The notes below the pieces were generated by a model. The model did not search any database. It was not told the DNA's origin and saw nothing but the letters and a program-made list of their open reading frames with translations. From positions 128,001 through 192,000 of the forward strand of contig CAWDRG010000019.1 of NCBI GenBank assembly GCA_963804645.1: DNA of 64,000 nt. The letters are read 5' to 3'. Origin of the DNA: an uncultured Bacillota bacterium (GTDB lineage Bacteria; Sysuimicrobiota; Sysuimicrobiia; Sysuimicrobiales; Segetimicrobiaceae). Position 1 is the first letter of the stretch; each line of letters opens with the position of its first letter. This document shows, in pieces, positions 46,720 to 55,566 of the stretch. The translations under genes and the position numbers were made by a program.

Positions 46720-48045
46720 GTGGAGATCAAAGCGCCGCGCGGCATGCAGGACATCCTGCCCGGGGAGACGGCCCGGTGGCAGCATCTCGAGCGCGTCCTG
46801 CGGGACCTCGTGCGCCGGTATGGCTACCGTGAGATCCGCACGCCGGTCGTGGAGCATACCGAGGTGTTCCAGCGGGGCATCGGCGAGGGGACCGACATCG
46901 TCGACAAGGAGATGTACACGTTTCGCGACCGCGCCGACCGCAGTCTGTCGCTTCGGGCGGAGGGGACGGCGCCGGTCATGCGCGCCTTCCTGGAGCACAA
47001 CATTGGGGCGGCCGGACTGCCGGTCCGGGTGTACTACATCTGTCCGATCTTCCGGTACGATCGGCCGCAGGCCGGCCGGTACCGGCAGCACACGCAGTTC
47101 GGGGCCGAGGTGATCGGCAGCCCGGACCCCGCCGCGGACGCGGAGGTCCTCGGCCTCGCCGTGCGGACCCTCGAGACCCTCGGCCTGACCGACGTCGAGC
47201 TGCACCTCAACAGCGTCGGGGACGAGGTGTGCCGTCCCCGGTACCTCGAAGCGCTGCGGGACTACTACCGCCCGTACCTCGGGGAGATGTGCGACGACTG
47301 CCGGCGCCGCTTCGAGATCGCGCCGCTTCGCCTCCTCGACTGCAAGCGCGACCACGACCGGCGTCTCGCGGAAGGCGCTCCGCGGATGCTGGATTACCTC
47401 TGCGACGCGTGCAAGGAACACTTCGAGGGCGTGCAGGCGTATTTCCGGGCGATGGGGGTCTCCTACCGAATCGACCCGGGCATCGTCCGAGGCTTGGACT
47501 ACTATACGCGGACCGCGGCGGAGGTGTTCTCGGGCAAGCTCGGCGCGCAGAGCGCGATGTTCGGGGGCGGGCGGTACGACGGCCTCGCCGCGCAGCTCGG
47601 CGGCAAGCCGGTCCCGGGGGTCGGCTTCGGCATGGGACTGGAGCGGGTGCTGCGGGTCCTCGAGCAGGAGCACATCGCGCTGCCGGGCGAGCCGCCGCCG
47701 GACCTCTTTATCGCGGCGGCGGACGATGTGGGGGCCCGCGATCTGCACACGGCGGCCACTGCGATGGCCGACCGCCTCCGGCGGGCCGGCCTCAGCGTGG
47801 AGGTCGACGTGATGGGGCGCAGCCTCAACGCCCAGATGCGGCAGGCGAACCGCGTGGGCGCGCGGTTCGCGCTGATCCTCGAGGGCGACCGGCTGCGGCT
47901 GCGCGAGATGGCCACGGGGCAGGAGGCGGACCTCACCTCCGAGCCCGGGGACGCGGCGGCGCTGGCGCACGCGGACGCGCCGGTCCTGGTGCGGCTCACG
48001 CAGGCGGTGGCGGCGCGGGTGGGGTCTCGAAAGGAGCACGCATGA
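46720..48045 (+). CDS. hisS: Histidine--tRNA ligase
   Basis: RG.QD, KEMY.F, LRAEGTA, FRYDRPQAGRYRQ, RGLDYY and GGGRYDGL. Confidence 0.97.
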   Translation: MEIKAPRGMQDILPGETARWQHLERVLRDLVRRYGYREIRTPVVEHTEVFQRGIGEGTDIVDKEMYTFRDRADRSLSLRAEGTAPVMRAFLEHNIGAAGLPVRVYYICPIFRYDRPQAGRYRQHTQFGAEVIGSPDPAADAEVLGLAVRTLETLGLTDVELHLNSVGDEVCRPRYLEALRDYYRPYLGEMCDDCRRRFEIAPLRLLDCKRDHDRRLAEGAPRMLDYLCDACKEHFEGVQAYFRAMGVSYRIDPGIVRGLDYYTRTAAEVFSGKLGAQSAMFGGGRYDGLAAQLGGKPVPGVGFGMGLERVLRVLEQEHIALPGEPPPDLFIAAADDVGARDLHTAATAMADRLRRAGLSVEVDVMGRSLNAQMRQANRVGARFALILEGDRLRLREMATGQEADLTSEPGDAAALAHADAPVLVRLTQAVAARVGSRKEHA

Positions 48046-49838
48046 GCAGCGACCTGGGTACGTGGCGGCGCACGCACGACAACGGCAGTCTCCGGGCGGG
48101 CGACGTCGGCGCCGCGGTGACCCTGATGGGCTGGGTGCACAACCGGCGCGACCTCGGGGGGTTGATCTTCATCGACCTGCGGGACCGCGCCGGGATCACG
48201 CAGGTAGTCTGCAACCCGCAGGAGGCGGAGGCGCCGGCGCTCGCCGCCGCGCAGGTGCGCAACGAGTATGTGATCGCGGTGTCGGGCGTGGTCGCCGCGC
48301 GCCCCGCCGGGACGGACAACGCCAAGCTGCCGACCGGACAGATCGAAGTCCGCGCGCGCGAGCTGCGCGTCCTCAACGCCGCCGAGACGCCGCCGTTTCC
48401 GATCGCGGACGCGATCGAGGTGGACGAGGCGGTGCGCCTCAAGTACCGCTACCTCGATCTCAGACGGCCGGCGATGTATGACCACCTCGCGCTGCGGCAC
48501 CGCGCCGCGAAGGCGTTCCGGGATTTTCTCTCCTCGGACGGGTTCCTCGAGGTCGAGACCCCAATGCTGATCAAGGGCACGCCCGAGGGGGCGCGCGATT
48601 TCCTGGTCCCGAGCCGCGTCCAGCCGGGGAAGTTCTTCGTGCTGCCGCAGTCGCCGCAGCTGTTCAAGCAGATCCTGATGGTCGCCGGGGTCGAGCGGTA
48701 CTTCCAGATCGTGCGGTGCTTCCGCGATGAGGACCTCCGGGCCGACCGCCAGCCCGAGTTCACGCAGATCGACATCGAATGCGCGTTCGTCGGCCGCGAT
48801 GACGTGCTGGCGCTCGGGGAGCGCATGATGGAGGCGGTCCTCCGCGACACGGTCGGCCGAGGGGTCTCGCTCCCGCTGCCCCGTCTGACCTACGCCGACG
48901 CGATGGACCGCTACGGCAGCGACAAGCCGGATCTCCGGTTCGGCATGGAGATCGTCGACTGCACGGAGGCCGTCGGGAGCACCGGGTTCCGCACGTTCGA
49001 CGCGGTGGTCTCGGGCGGCGGCGCGGTCCGCGGCCTCCGCGTCCCGGGGGCGTCGGGCTACAGCCGCCGGGAGATACAGGAACTGGAAGCGCTCGCCACC
49101 GCCGCCGGGGCGGCCGGCCTCCTGCCGGTGCACCTGGAAGACGGGGGGAAGGTGCGCGGCCCGCTCGCCAAGTTCCTGTCTTCCGCGGCCACGGCCGCGC
49201 TGGCGGCGCGCTTCGGCGCCGCTCCGGGAGATCTGCTGCTGCTCGTGGCCGGGCCCGCGCGCGAGGCGAGTACGGTGCTCGGTCGGCTCCGCCTCGATCT
49301 CGTGCGTCTGCGCCCCGATCTGCACGCGCGGGTGGGATACGATCCGGACCGGCTCGCGATGCTGTGGGTCGTCGACTTTCCGCTGTTTGAGCGGAGCTCG
49401 GACGGGGCGGTGACCGCCGTGCACCATCCGTTCACATCCCCGCTCGACGCGGATCTCCCGCGGCTCGACGCCGACCCGCTCGGCGTCCGCGCGAATGCGT
49501 ACGACCTGGTGCTGAATGGGGTCGAGCTCGGCGGGGGCAGCATCCGGATCCACCGCCGGGAACTGCAGGAGCGCATCTTCTCGATCCTCGGCATCTCCCC
49601 GGAGGTGGGCCGAGAGCGATTCGGCTTCTTGCTCGACGCCTTTCGCTACGGCGCGCCCCCGCACGGCGGCATTGCGCTTGGGTTCGACCGGTTCGTGATG
49701 CTGCTCGCGGGCGAGGAGTCGATTCGCGAGGTGATCGCGTTTCCGAAGACCGCGAGCGCGACTGATCTCATGACCGGCGCCCCCGCCGAGGTGGAGCCCT
49801 CGCAGCTCGAAGAGGCCCACATCCAGATTCGGTTGTAA
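48042..49838 (+). CDS. aspS: Aspartate--tRNA ligase
   Basis: RRDLGGLIFIDLRD, PEGARDF, LPQSPQLFKQ, FRDEDLRADRQPEF and PPHGGIALG.DR. Confidence 0.97.
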   Translation: MSSDLGTWRRTHDNGSLRAGDVGAAVTLMGWVHNRRDLGGLIFIDLRDRAGITQVVCNPQEAEAPALAAAQVRNEYVIAVSGVVAARPAGTDNAKLPTGQIEVRARELRVLNAAETPPFPIADAIEVDEAVRLKYRYLDLRRPAMYDHLALRHRAAKAFRDFLSSDGFLEVETPMLIKGTPEGARDFLVPSRVQPGKFFVLPQSPQLFKQILMVAGVERYFQIVRCFRDEDLRADRQPEFTQIDIECAFVGRDDVLALGERMMEAVLRDTVGRGVSLPLPRLTYADAMDRYGSDKPDLRFGMEIVDCTEAVGSTGFRTFDAVVSGGGAVRGLRVPGASGYSRREIQELEALATAAGAAGLLPVHLEDGGKVRGPLAKFLSSAATAALAARFGAAPGDLLLLVAGPAREASTVLGRLRLDLVRLRPDLHARVGYDPDRLAMLWVVDFPLFERSSDGAVTAVHHPFTSPLDADLPRLDADPLGVRANAYDLVLNGVELGGGSIRIHRRELQERIFSILGISPEVGRERFGFLLDAFRYGAPPHGGIALGFDRFVMLLAGEESIREVIAFPKTASATDLMTGAPAEVEPSQLEEAHIQIRL

Positions 49839-49877
49839 GCGGGGCGTCGAAGCCCGACCACCGGGAGGCGTCGGCTA

Positions 49878-50299
49878 GTGCAACACGAGCGCGTCCCGCT
49901 CGTCGATCCAGACCGGTGCCTTCACTTGGCAAGAACATGCAGCGTGTTCCCGATCGACTGTTCGCGCTGCACGGCGGCGCAGCGGGGGTGCGCGACGACG
50001 CGCGGTTGAAGTCGGCGCTGGCCCGGCCGCATCAGCTCGGCGCCTACGCCGAACATCATGACATCATTGACCTGGCCACCGTCTATACCGCTGGGATCGT
50101 GCGTAACCACCCATTCGTGGATGGCAACAAACGCACCGGATTTATGCTCGGCATTCTGTTTCTCGAGCTCAATGGCTACGCCGTCACCGCCAGCGAGGAA
50201 GACGCGGCGCGAGCGGTCATGGAGCTGGCGTCGGGGCGTCTCGATGATTCAGGCTACTGCGCGTTTCTTCGCGCGAACGCAGCACGGGCGAAGCGGTAG
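49878..50299 (+). pseudogene. Death-on-curing (Doc/Fic) toxin gene disrupted by inversion of its first 16 codons, with an antitoxin 3' remnant
   Basis: The + strand from 49952 reads DRLFALHGG..GVRD...L.SALARP...HPFVDGNKRT. The - strand 49925-49878 reads MKAPVWIDERDALVLH, preceded by NTLHVLAK*. Confidence 0.85.
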
Positions 50300-50546
50300 C
50301 GTTGGTTGCGCGACGTGACGGCGTCTGGCTCCGCCTCGGCGCGTCCCTCGTGGGCGTGACAATTCTGGCCGTGCCAGGGCGTTCGCTGTGTGGCCGGTTT
50401 GACCGGTCGGATTGAAGGGCGGCACACCACGATGCTATGATGGGAAAGTGTCGCGCCGCAGAGCCGTTGTAAGGCGGTGCGGCGCGACGGTACGTGCCGC
50501 TACGAAGGGAGGAGAGCGCGGGCGAGGGTGGCCCGAGCACCGGACG

Positions 50547-51827
50547 ATGCAGACGCGCAGCCCGGCTGACTCCTCGGTTCGTCCGCAGGACGATCCGTGG
50601 GACATGGCGCTCCGGCAGTTCGCTCACGCCGCGGATCGACTCTCCCTCAAGCGCGGGATCCGGGAGTACCTCGCCCGGCCCCACCGCGAGTTCACCGTGT
50701 GCTTTCCCGTCAGCATGGACGACGGGTCGGTGCAGATGTTCACCGGCTACCGGACCCTGCATAACGGCGTGCTCGGCCCCGCAAAGGGCGGGCTCCGCTA
50801 CAGTCCGCAGGTGCGCGTCAGCGAGGTGCGCGCGCTCGCGATGTGGATGACCTGGAAATGCGCGCTGAACCACCTGCCGTACGGCGGCGCGAAGGGCGGC
50901 GTCAGGTGCGATCCTCAGACGCTGTCGGCCGGGGAGTTGGAGCGCCTGACGCGGCGCTACGCGACCGAGATCAGCGTGGTGATCGGGCCCCACCAAGACA
51001 TTCCGGCGCCGGACGTGGGGACCAACGCCCAGGTCATGGCCTGGTTCATGGACACCTACAGCATGCACCGCGGCTACTCGATTCCGACCGTGGTCACCGG
51101 CAAGCCGGTGGTCATCGGCGGCTCGGCCGGCCGGCTGGAGGCGACGGGGCGGGGCGTGATGATCGCGGCGCGCGAAGCGGCGCGGTTCCGCGGTCTGCCG
51201 TTCGAAGGCGCCCGCGTCGTCGTACAGGGCAGCGGCAACGTGGGCGGCGTGGCGGCGCACCTGCTGCACGCCGCGGGGTGCACGGTGGTCGGGCTGAGCG
51301 ACGTACGCGGCGGCATCCATGCGCCCGAGGGATTCGATCCCGACGCGGCACTCCGGTACGCGCGCGACACTGGGGGCCTCGCCGGGTTTCCCGGGACCGA
51401 CTCGGTGTCGAATTCGGAGCTGCTGGAGCTGCCGTGCGACCTGCTCGTCCCGGCCGCGATCGAAGGGCAGATCACCTCGTCGAACGCCGACCGGATTCAG
51501 GCCCAGGTGATCGTGGAGGGCGCGAACGGCCCGACTACGCCGGACGCCGACGATATTCTCGAGCGCCGCGGGGTGCTGGTCGTGCCCGATATCCTCGCCA
51601 ACGCCGGCGGCGTGATCGTGTCGTACTTCGAGTGGGTGCAGGATCTCCAGTCCTACTTTTGGAGCGAGGACGAGATCAACGCGAACCTCGAGCGCCTCAT
51701 GGTGCGGAGCTTCGACGCGGTGACGCACTTCGCGGCGGAGCAGGGCGTGTCGCTGCGCACCGGCGCCCTCATCTTCGCGGTGAAGCGCGTCGCCGACGCG
51801 CTGATGATCCGCGGCATCTATCCCTAG
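50547..51827 (+). CDS. Glu/Leu/Phe/Val dehydrogenase (probable glutamate dehydrogenase)
   Basis: GPAKGGLRY, MTWKCA, GGAKGG, DIPAPDVGT, EATGRG, VEGANGP and NAGGVIVSYFEW. Extended -10 TGCTATGAT at about 50433-50441. Confidence 0.93.
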   Translation: MQTRSPADSSVRPQDDPWDMALRQFAHAADRLSLKRGIREYLARPHREFTVCFPVSMDDGSVQMFTGYRTLHNGVLGPAKGGLRYSPQVRVSEVRALAMWMTWKCALNHLPYGGAKGGVRCDPQTLSAGELERLTRRYATEISVVIGPHQDIPAPDVGTNAQVMAWFMDTYSMHRGYSIPTVVTGKPVVIGGSAGRLEATGRGVMIAAREAARFRGLPFEGARVVVQGSGNVGGVAAHLLHAAGCTVVGLSDVRGGIHAPEGFDPDAALRYARDTGGLAGFPGTDSVSNSELLELPCDLLVPAAIEGQITSSNADRIQAQVIVEGANGPTTPDADDILERRGVLVVPDILANAGGVIVSYFEWVQDLQSYFWSEDEINANLERLMVRSFDAVTHFAAEQGVSLRTGALIFAVKRVADALMIRGIYP

Positions 51828-51860
51828 GACCGGCCGGCCCGGCCGCGCCGGGAGCCTTGC

Positions 51861-51889
51861 TTGACACGGTCCGGGGGCGGGCGCATCAT
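51861..51889 (+). promoter_or_regulatory. sigma70-type promoter, probably leaderless, of rarA
   Basis: TTGACA-N17-CATCAT ending 6 nt before GTG 51896. Confidence 0.6.
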
Positions 51890-51895
51890 GGATGT

Positions 51896-53230
51896 GTGGA
51901 TCTGTTCACGCCGCCCGACGCGCCCGGGCGCGACCGCGGGGCCCCGCTGGCGGCGCGCATGCGCCCCCGCACGCTCGATGAGGTCGTCGGCCAGTCGCAC
52001 CTGCTCGGTCCCGATCGGCTGCTGCGGCGTGCGATCGAGACCGACACCCTGACCTCCGCGATCCTCTTCGGGCCGCCCGGCACGGGCAAGACGTCCTTGG
52101 CGCACGTCGTCGCGCAGGCCACGCGCGCGTACTTCGAGCCGGTGAACGCCGTCACGACCGGCGTCGCGGAAATTCGGCGGCTGATCGAGGAGGCGCGCGA
52201 CCGGCGGCGGTTTCATCAGGTGCCCACGATCCTGTTCGTGGACGAGATCCACCGCCTGAACAAGGCGCAGCAGGACGTGCTGCTGCCGCATGTGGAGGAC
52301 GGAACCGTGGTGCTGATTGGGGCCACCACTGGGAACCCGTTTCACGACGTCACGCCCACGCTCGTGTCGCGGTCGCGCCTGTTCGCGCTCGAACCGCTCA
52401 CCGCCGACGAGCTCGTCACGATTCTGCGCCGCGCGCTCGACGAGCCGCGCGGCCTCGGCGGACAGGGCGTGAGCGCGGAGGACGATGCGCTGGGCCACAT
52501 CGCCCGCATCGCCAACGGGGATGCGCGCGTCGCCCTCGGCGTGCTCGAACTGGCCGCGGCGACCGCCGCGGCGGGGCCGGACGGGGCTCGCGTGGTGACG
52601 CGCGACGCCGCCGAGCAGGCCGGGAAGCAGGTCCTGCTCTACGGCCGCGACGGCGACCAGCATTTCGACATGATCTCCGCGTTCATCAAGAGCATGCGGG
52701 GCTCCGATCCGGACGCGGCGGTGTACTGGCTCGCGCGGATGCTCGCCGGGGGCGAGGATCCGCGGTACCTCGCGCGGCGCATGGTCGTGCACGCCGCCGA
52801 GGACGTGGGCCTCGCGGATCCGCAGGCGCTGGTCGTCGCGGTCGCCGCGGCCCACGCGGTGGAACTTGTCGGGCTGCCCGAGGCGCGGATCCCGATGGCC
52901 GAGGCCGCGATCTACATCGCCACGGCCCCGAAGAGCAACGCGACGGTCCGGGCGATCTCCGACGCCGCGGGCGACGTGGCGCGCGAGGAGGCCCAGCCTG
53001 TGCCGCGTCCGCTGCGGGACGCGTCGGCCGCGGGATCGCGGCGGCTCGGGCACGGCGAGGGCTATGAGTATCCCCACGATCATCCGGGGGGCTTCGTGGC
53101 CCAGCAGTACGTCCCTGACAACGTCAAGAATCGGGTATATTATGAGCCCACGGCGTCGGGGTTCGAGGCGGAAGTGGCCCGCCGGCTCCGGGCGTGGTGG
53201 GCGGGGATCAAGCGCTACCGAGGCGGCTAG
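51896..53230 (+). CDS. rarA: Replication-associated recombination protein A (RarA/MgsA)
   Basis: PLAARMRPRTL, GPPGTGKT, DEIHR.NK.QQD, ISAFIKSMRGSDPDAA and EDVGLADP. Confidence 0.95.
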   Translation: MDLFTPPDAPGRDRGAPLAARMRPRTLDEVVGQSHLLGPDRLLRRAIETDTLTSAILFGPPGTGKTSLAHVVAQATRAYFEPVNAVTTGVAEIRRLIEEARDRRRFHQVPTILFVDEIHRLNKAQQDVLLPHVEDGTVVLIGATTGNPFHDVTPTLVSRSRLFALEPLTADELVTILRRALDEPRGLGGQGVSAEDDALGHIARIANGDARVALGVLELAAATAAAGPDGARVVTRDAAEQAGKQVLLYGRDGDQHFDMISAFIKSMRGSDPDAAVYWLARMLAGGEDPRYLARRMVVHAAEDVGLADPQALVVAVAAAHAVELVGLPEARIPMAEAAIYIATAPKSNATVRAISDAAGDVAREEAQPVPRPLRDASAAGSRRLGHGEGYEYPHDHPGGFVAQQYVPDNVKNRVYYEPTASGFEAEVARRLRAWWAGIKRYRGG

Positions 53231-53260
53231 CGCCGCGGGCCGGGACAGCGGGAGGTGCGT

Positions 53261-54361
53261 ATGGCTCGGGTGGCCGTCGCGATGAGCGGCGGGGTGGACA
53301 GCGCGGTCGCGGCCGCGCTGCTCGTCGACGAGGGGCACGAGGTCGTTGGGTTCACGATGAACCTGTGGCCGGCGTGGGTGCCCCAGACCGAGGGCGGCGC
53401 GGGATGCTGTGGCGTGGGCGCGATCGACGACGCGCGCGCGGCGGCGCGGACCCTCGGGATCCCGCATTACGTCCTGAACCTCCGCGACGCGTTTGAGCGC
53501 GAGGTGATCGGCTACTTCACGGGCGAGTACGCGCGCGGACGCACCCCGAACCCGTGCATCGCGTGCAACCGCGCGATCAAGTTTCGGCTGCTCTTGGATC
53601 GCGTGCTCGGCCTCGAAATGGACCTGCTCGCGACGGGGCACTACGCGCGCGTGCTTCACGGCGCCGACGGGCGTCACCGGCTCCTGCGTGCGGTCGACCG
53701 GCGGAAGGATCAATCGTACGTGCTGGCGAGCCTGGATCAAGCGCAGCTCGGCCGCGTCCGCTTCCCGGTCGGCGCGTACACGAAGCCCGAGATCCGCGAG
53801 ATCGCGAGGGCGCACCGCCTCGGCGTGGCGGAGAAGCCCGACAGCCAGGAGATCTGCTTCGTGCCGAGCGGGGACTACGGGGATGTGGTGGCCCGCTTGG
53901 AGCCCGCGGCGGTGCGGCCCGGGCCGATCTACGATCTCGCGGGGGACCGCGTCGGAGACCACCGCGGCGTGGGCCGCTACACCGTCGGGCAGCGGCGGGG
54001 GCTCGGGCTGCCCGGCAGCGTGCCGCGGTACGTGGTGTCGATCGACGCCGAGCGGAACGCGCTCGTCGTGGGCGACGCCGCCGACGTCCGGTGCGAAGAA
54101 CTGTGGGCCGCCGACGTGAACTGGATCGGCGTCCCCGCGCTCGACGGCGAGCGCGACGTGACGGTGCGGGTCCGCCACGCCGGAGCCGACGTGCCGGCGA
54201 CGATCTCGGACGGCCCCGAGGGCCGCGTCCGCGTCCGGTTCGCCGCGGCGCCGCGCGCGGCGGCGCCCGGGCAGGCGATCGTCTTTTATGCGGGGGACGT
54301 CGTGTTGGGAGGCGGGGTGATCGATGGGGTAAAGTACGGGGGGAGGGACGTGCATGCCTAG
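53261..54361 (+). CDS. mnmA: tRNA 2-thiouridylase MnmA
   Basis: AMSGGVDS, CC, TPNPCIACN, ATGHYAR, KDQSY, DSQEICF, YTVGQRRGL and PGQ. Confidence 0.97.
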   Translation: MARVAVAMSGGVDSAVAAALLVDEGHEVVGFTMNLWPAWVPQTEGGAGCCGVGAIDDARAAARTLGIPHYVLNLRDAFEREVIGYFTGEYARGRTPNPCIACNRAIKFRLLLDRVLGLEMDLLATGHYARVLHGADGRHRLLRAVDRRKDQSYVLASLDQAQLGRVRFPVGAYTKPEIREIARAHRLGVAEKPDSQEICFVPSGDYGDVVARLEPAAVRPGPIYDLAGDRVGDHRGVGRYTVGQRRGLGLPGSVPRYVVSIDAERNALVVGDAADVRCEELWAADVNWIGVPALDGERDVTVRVRHAGADVPATISDGPEGRVRVRFAAAPRAAAPGQAIVFYAGDVVLGGGVIDGVKYGGRDVHA

Positions 54362-54782
54362 CGGCGGGGTCGCGGAGATGAGCCTGGCCGTGATCGCGGT
54401 GGCGGTCGTGGTTGCGGTGATCTTCTTGGTGCCCGCCTTGATTGAGGTCCGGCGGGCCGCCGCGCGCGCCTCGCGGACGATCGAAACCGTGGACGCCGCG
54501 CTGCCGAGCCTGCTCACCGAGTTGACCGAGGCGGTCGGCACGATGAGTCGGACGGCCGACACCGTGGGCAGCCTGGCCGCGTCGGTGGAGCGATTGGACC
54601 GGCTGTCCGCGGCCGCGGTGCGGACCGCCGGAGCCCTGGTGGGGGTGATGGGGATGATGGGACAGACCACCCGCGGCGTGATGATGCCGTCTCTCGCCAA
54701 CGTGGTCGGCGTGCTGTCGGCCGTGCGGGAGGGCATCGAGTGGGTGCGACCGAGACGCGACAAGAGGAGGGACGGAACATGA
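54354..54782 (+). CDS. DUF948/YtxG-like membrane-anchored coiled-coil protein
   Basis: N-terminal TM helix followed by a heptad-like helical body; directly upstream of the YtxH-like gene. Confidence 0.65.
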   Translation: MPSGGVAEMSLAVIAVAVVVAVIFLVPALIEVRRAAARASRTIETVDAALPSLLTELTEAVGTMSRTADTVGSLAASVERLDRLSAAAVRTAGALVGVMGMMGQTTRGVMMPSLANVVGVLSAVREGIEWVRPRRDKRRDGT

Positions 54783-55132
54783 GCGAGCGACGGGATTTCG
54801 CGGGTGGACTGCTGCTGGGGGTACTGGTGGGGGCGGCGCTCGGCGTGCTGTTCGCGCCGGCGGCCGGCAACGAGACGCGGGAGCGGCTGCGGCGCGAGGG
54901 CGAGCAGCTGCGGGACCGGGCGCGGGAGCAGGCCGAGCGCGTCACCGAGCAGGCGCGCCGGAAGGCGGACGAGGTGGCGTCGCGCGTGCGGTCGACCGCG
55001 GGCGACGTGCTCGAGCGCGGCCGATCGGCGATTGAGGAGCGCGCCGAGCGGTTGCGCGACGCGTACCAGGCGGGGCGGGACTCCGCGTTTGGGCGGGAAG
55101 GGGGAGAGCGTCGGGACGACGACGCCGACTGA
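54779..55132 (+). CDS. YtxH domain protein
   Basis: F..GLLLG.LVGAALG.LFAP..G.ETR..L motif plus a charged helical tail. Confidence 0.88.
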   Translation: MSERRDFAGGLLLGVLVGAALGVLFAPAAGNETRERLRREGEQLRDRAREQAERVTEQARRKADEVASRVRSTAGDVLERGRSAIEERAERLRDAYQAGRDSAFGREGGERRDDDAD

Positions 55133-55133
55133 G

Positions 55134-55562
55134 ATGGCGGGAGCGACTCGGGTGGGGGCGACAGAGCGCGTTGACGTCACGATTCCCAAGCGCCCGGAGT
55201 TTGTGAGCGTCGCTCGGCTGACCGCGGCGGCGGTCGCCGGGCGCCAGGGGTTCGCGTTCGACGAGATCGAGGATCTCAAGATCGCGGTGAGCGAGGCGTG
55301 CACGTTGCTGATCCGGGCCGCGACTGACACGAGCGCGCCCCTGCGCATCGCCTTCGTGCTGCGCGGGGACGAGCTGGCGGTGTCTGTGGAGACCCGGGAG
55401 CCGGGCGTAGTGTTTGAGGCGGCGCCGGCCGACGACGCGGCGATGGACGAAGGGCAGCTCGGCATGTTCTTGCTGCGGTGTCTGGTCGACGAGGTCGAGG
55501 TGGCCCAGGACCCCACGGTGGGAACGGCCACGCTGCGGCTCGTGAAGCGCCGCGGGGTGTAA
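55134..55562 (+). CDS. rsbW: RsbW-like anti-sigma factor with degenerate kinase motifs
   Basis: P..PEFV..ARL, DEIEDLKIAVSEACT and LG.FL...LVDEV; directly upstream of a SigB-family sigma factor. Confidence 0.82.
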   Translation: MAGATRVGATERVDVTIPKRPEFVSVARLTAAAVAGRQGFAFDEIEDLKIAVSEACTLLIRAATDTSAPLRIAFVLRGDELAVSVETREPGVVFEAAPADDAAMDEGQLGMFLLRCLVDEVEVAQDPTVGTATLRLVKRRGV

Positions 55563-55566
55563 GGCG

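Noticed and set aside
48042..48330. AspRS discriminating versus non-discriminating status
   Set aside because: The signature positions look mixed (RRDLGG with RPAG) and asnS is present, so it cannot be called from motifs alone.
49916..49951. N-terminus MPSLGKNMQRVP of the Doc ORF in the track
   Set aside because: It is the antisense reading of the inverted segment, not a real Doc N-terminus.
51824..55531. Very long antisense ORFs (1235 aa here; also 38152-41370, 15548-18442, 20867-23773 and others)
   Set aside because: These are shadow frames of well-supported genes in high-GC DNA, Arg/Pro/Ala-rich with no recognisable motifs.
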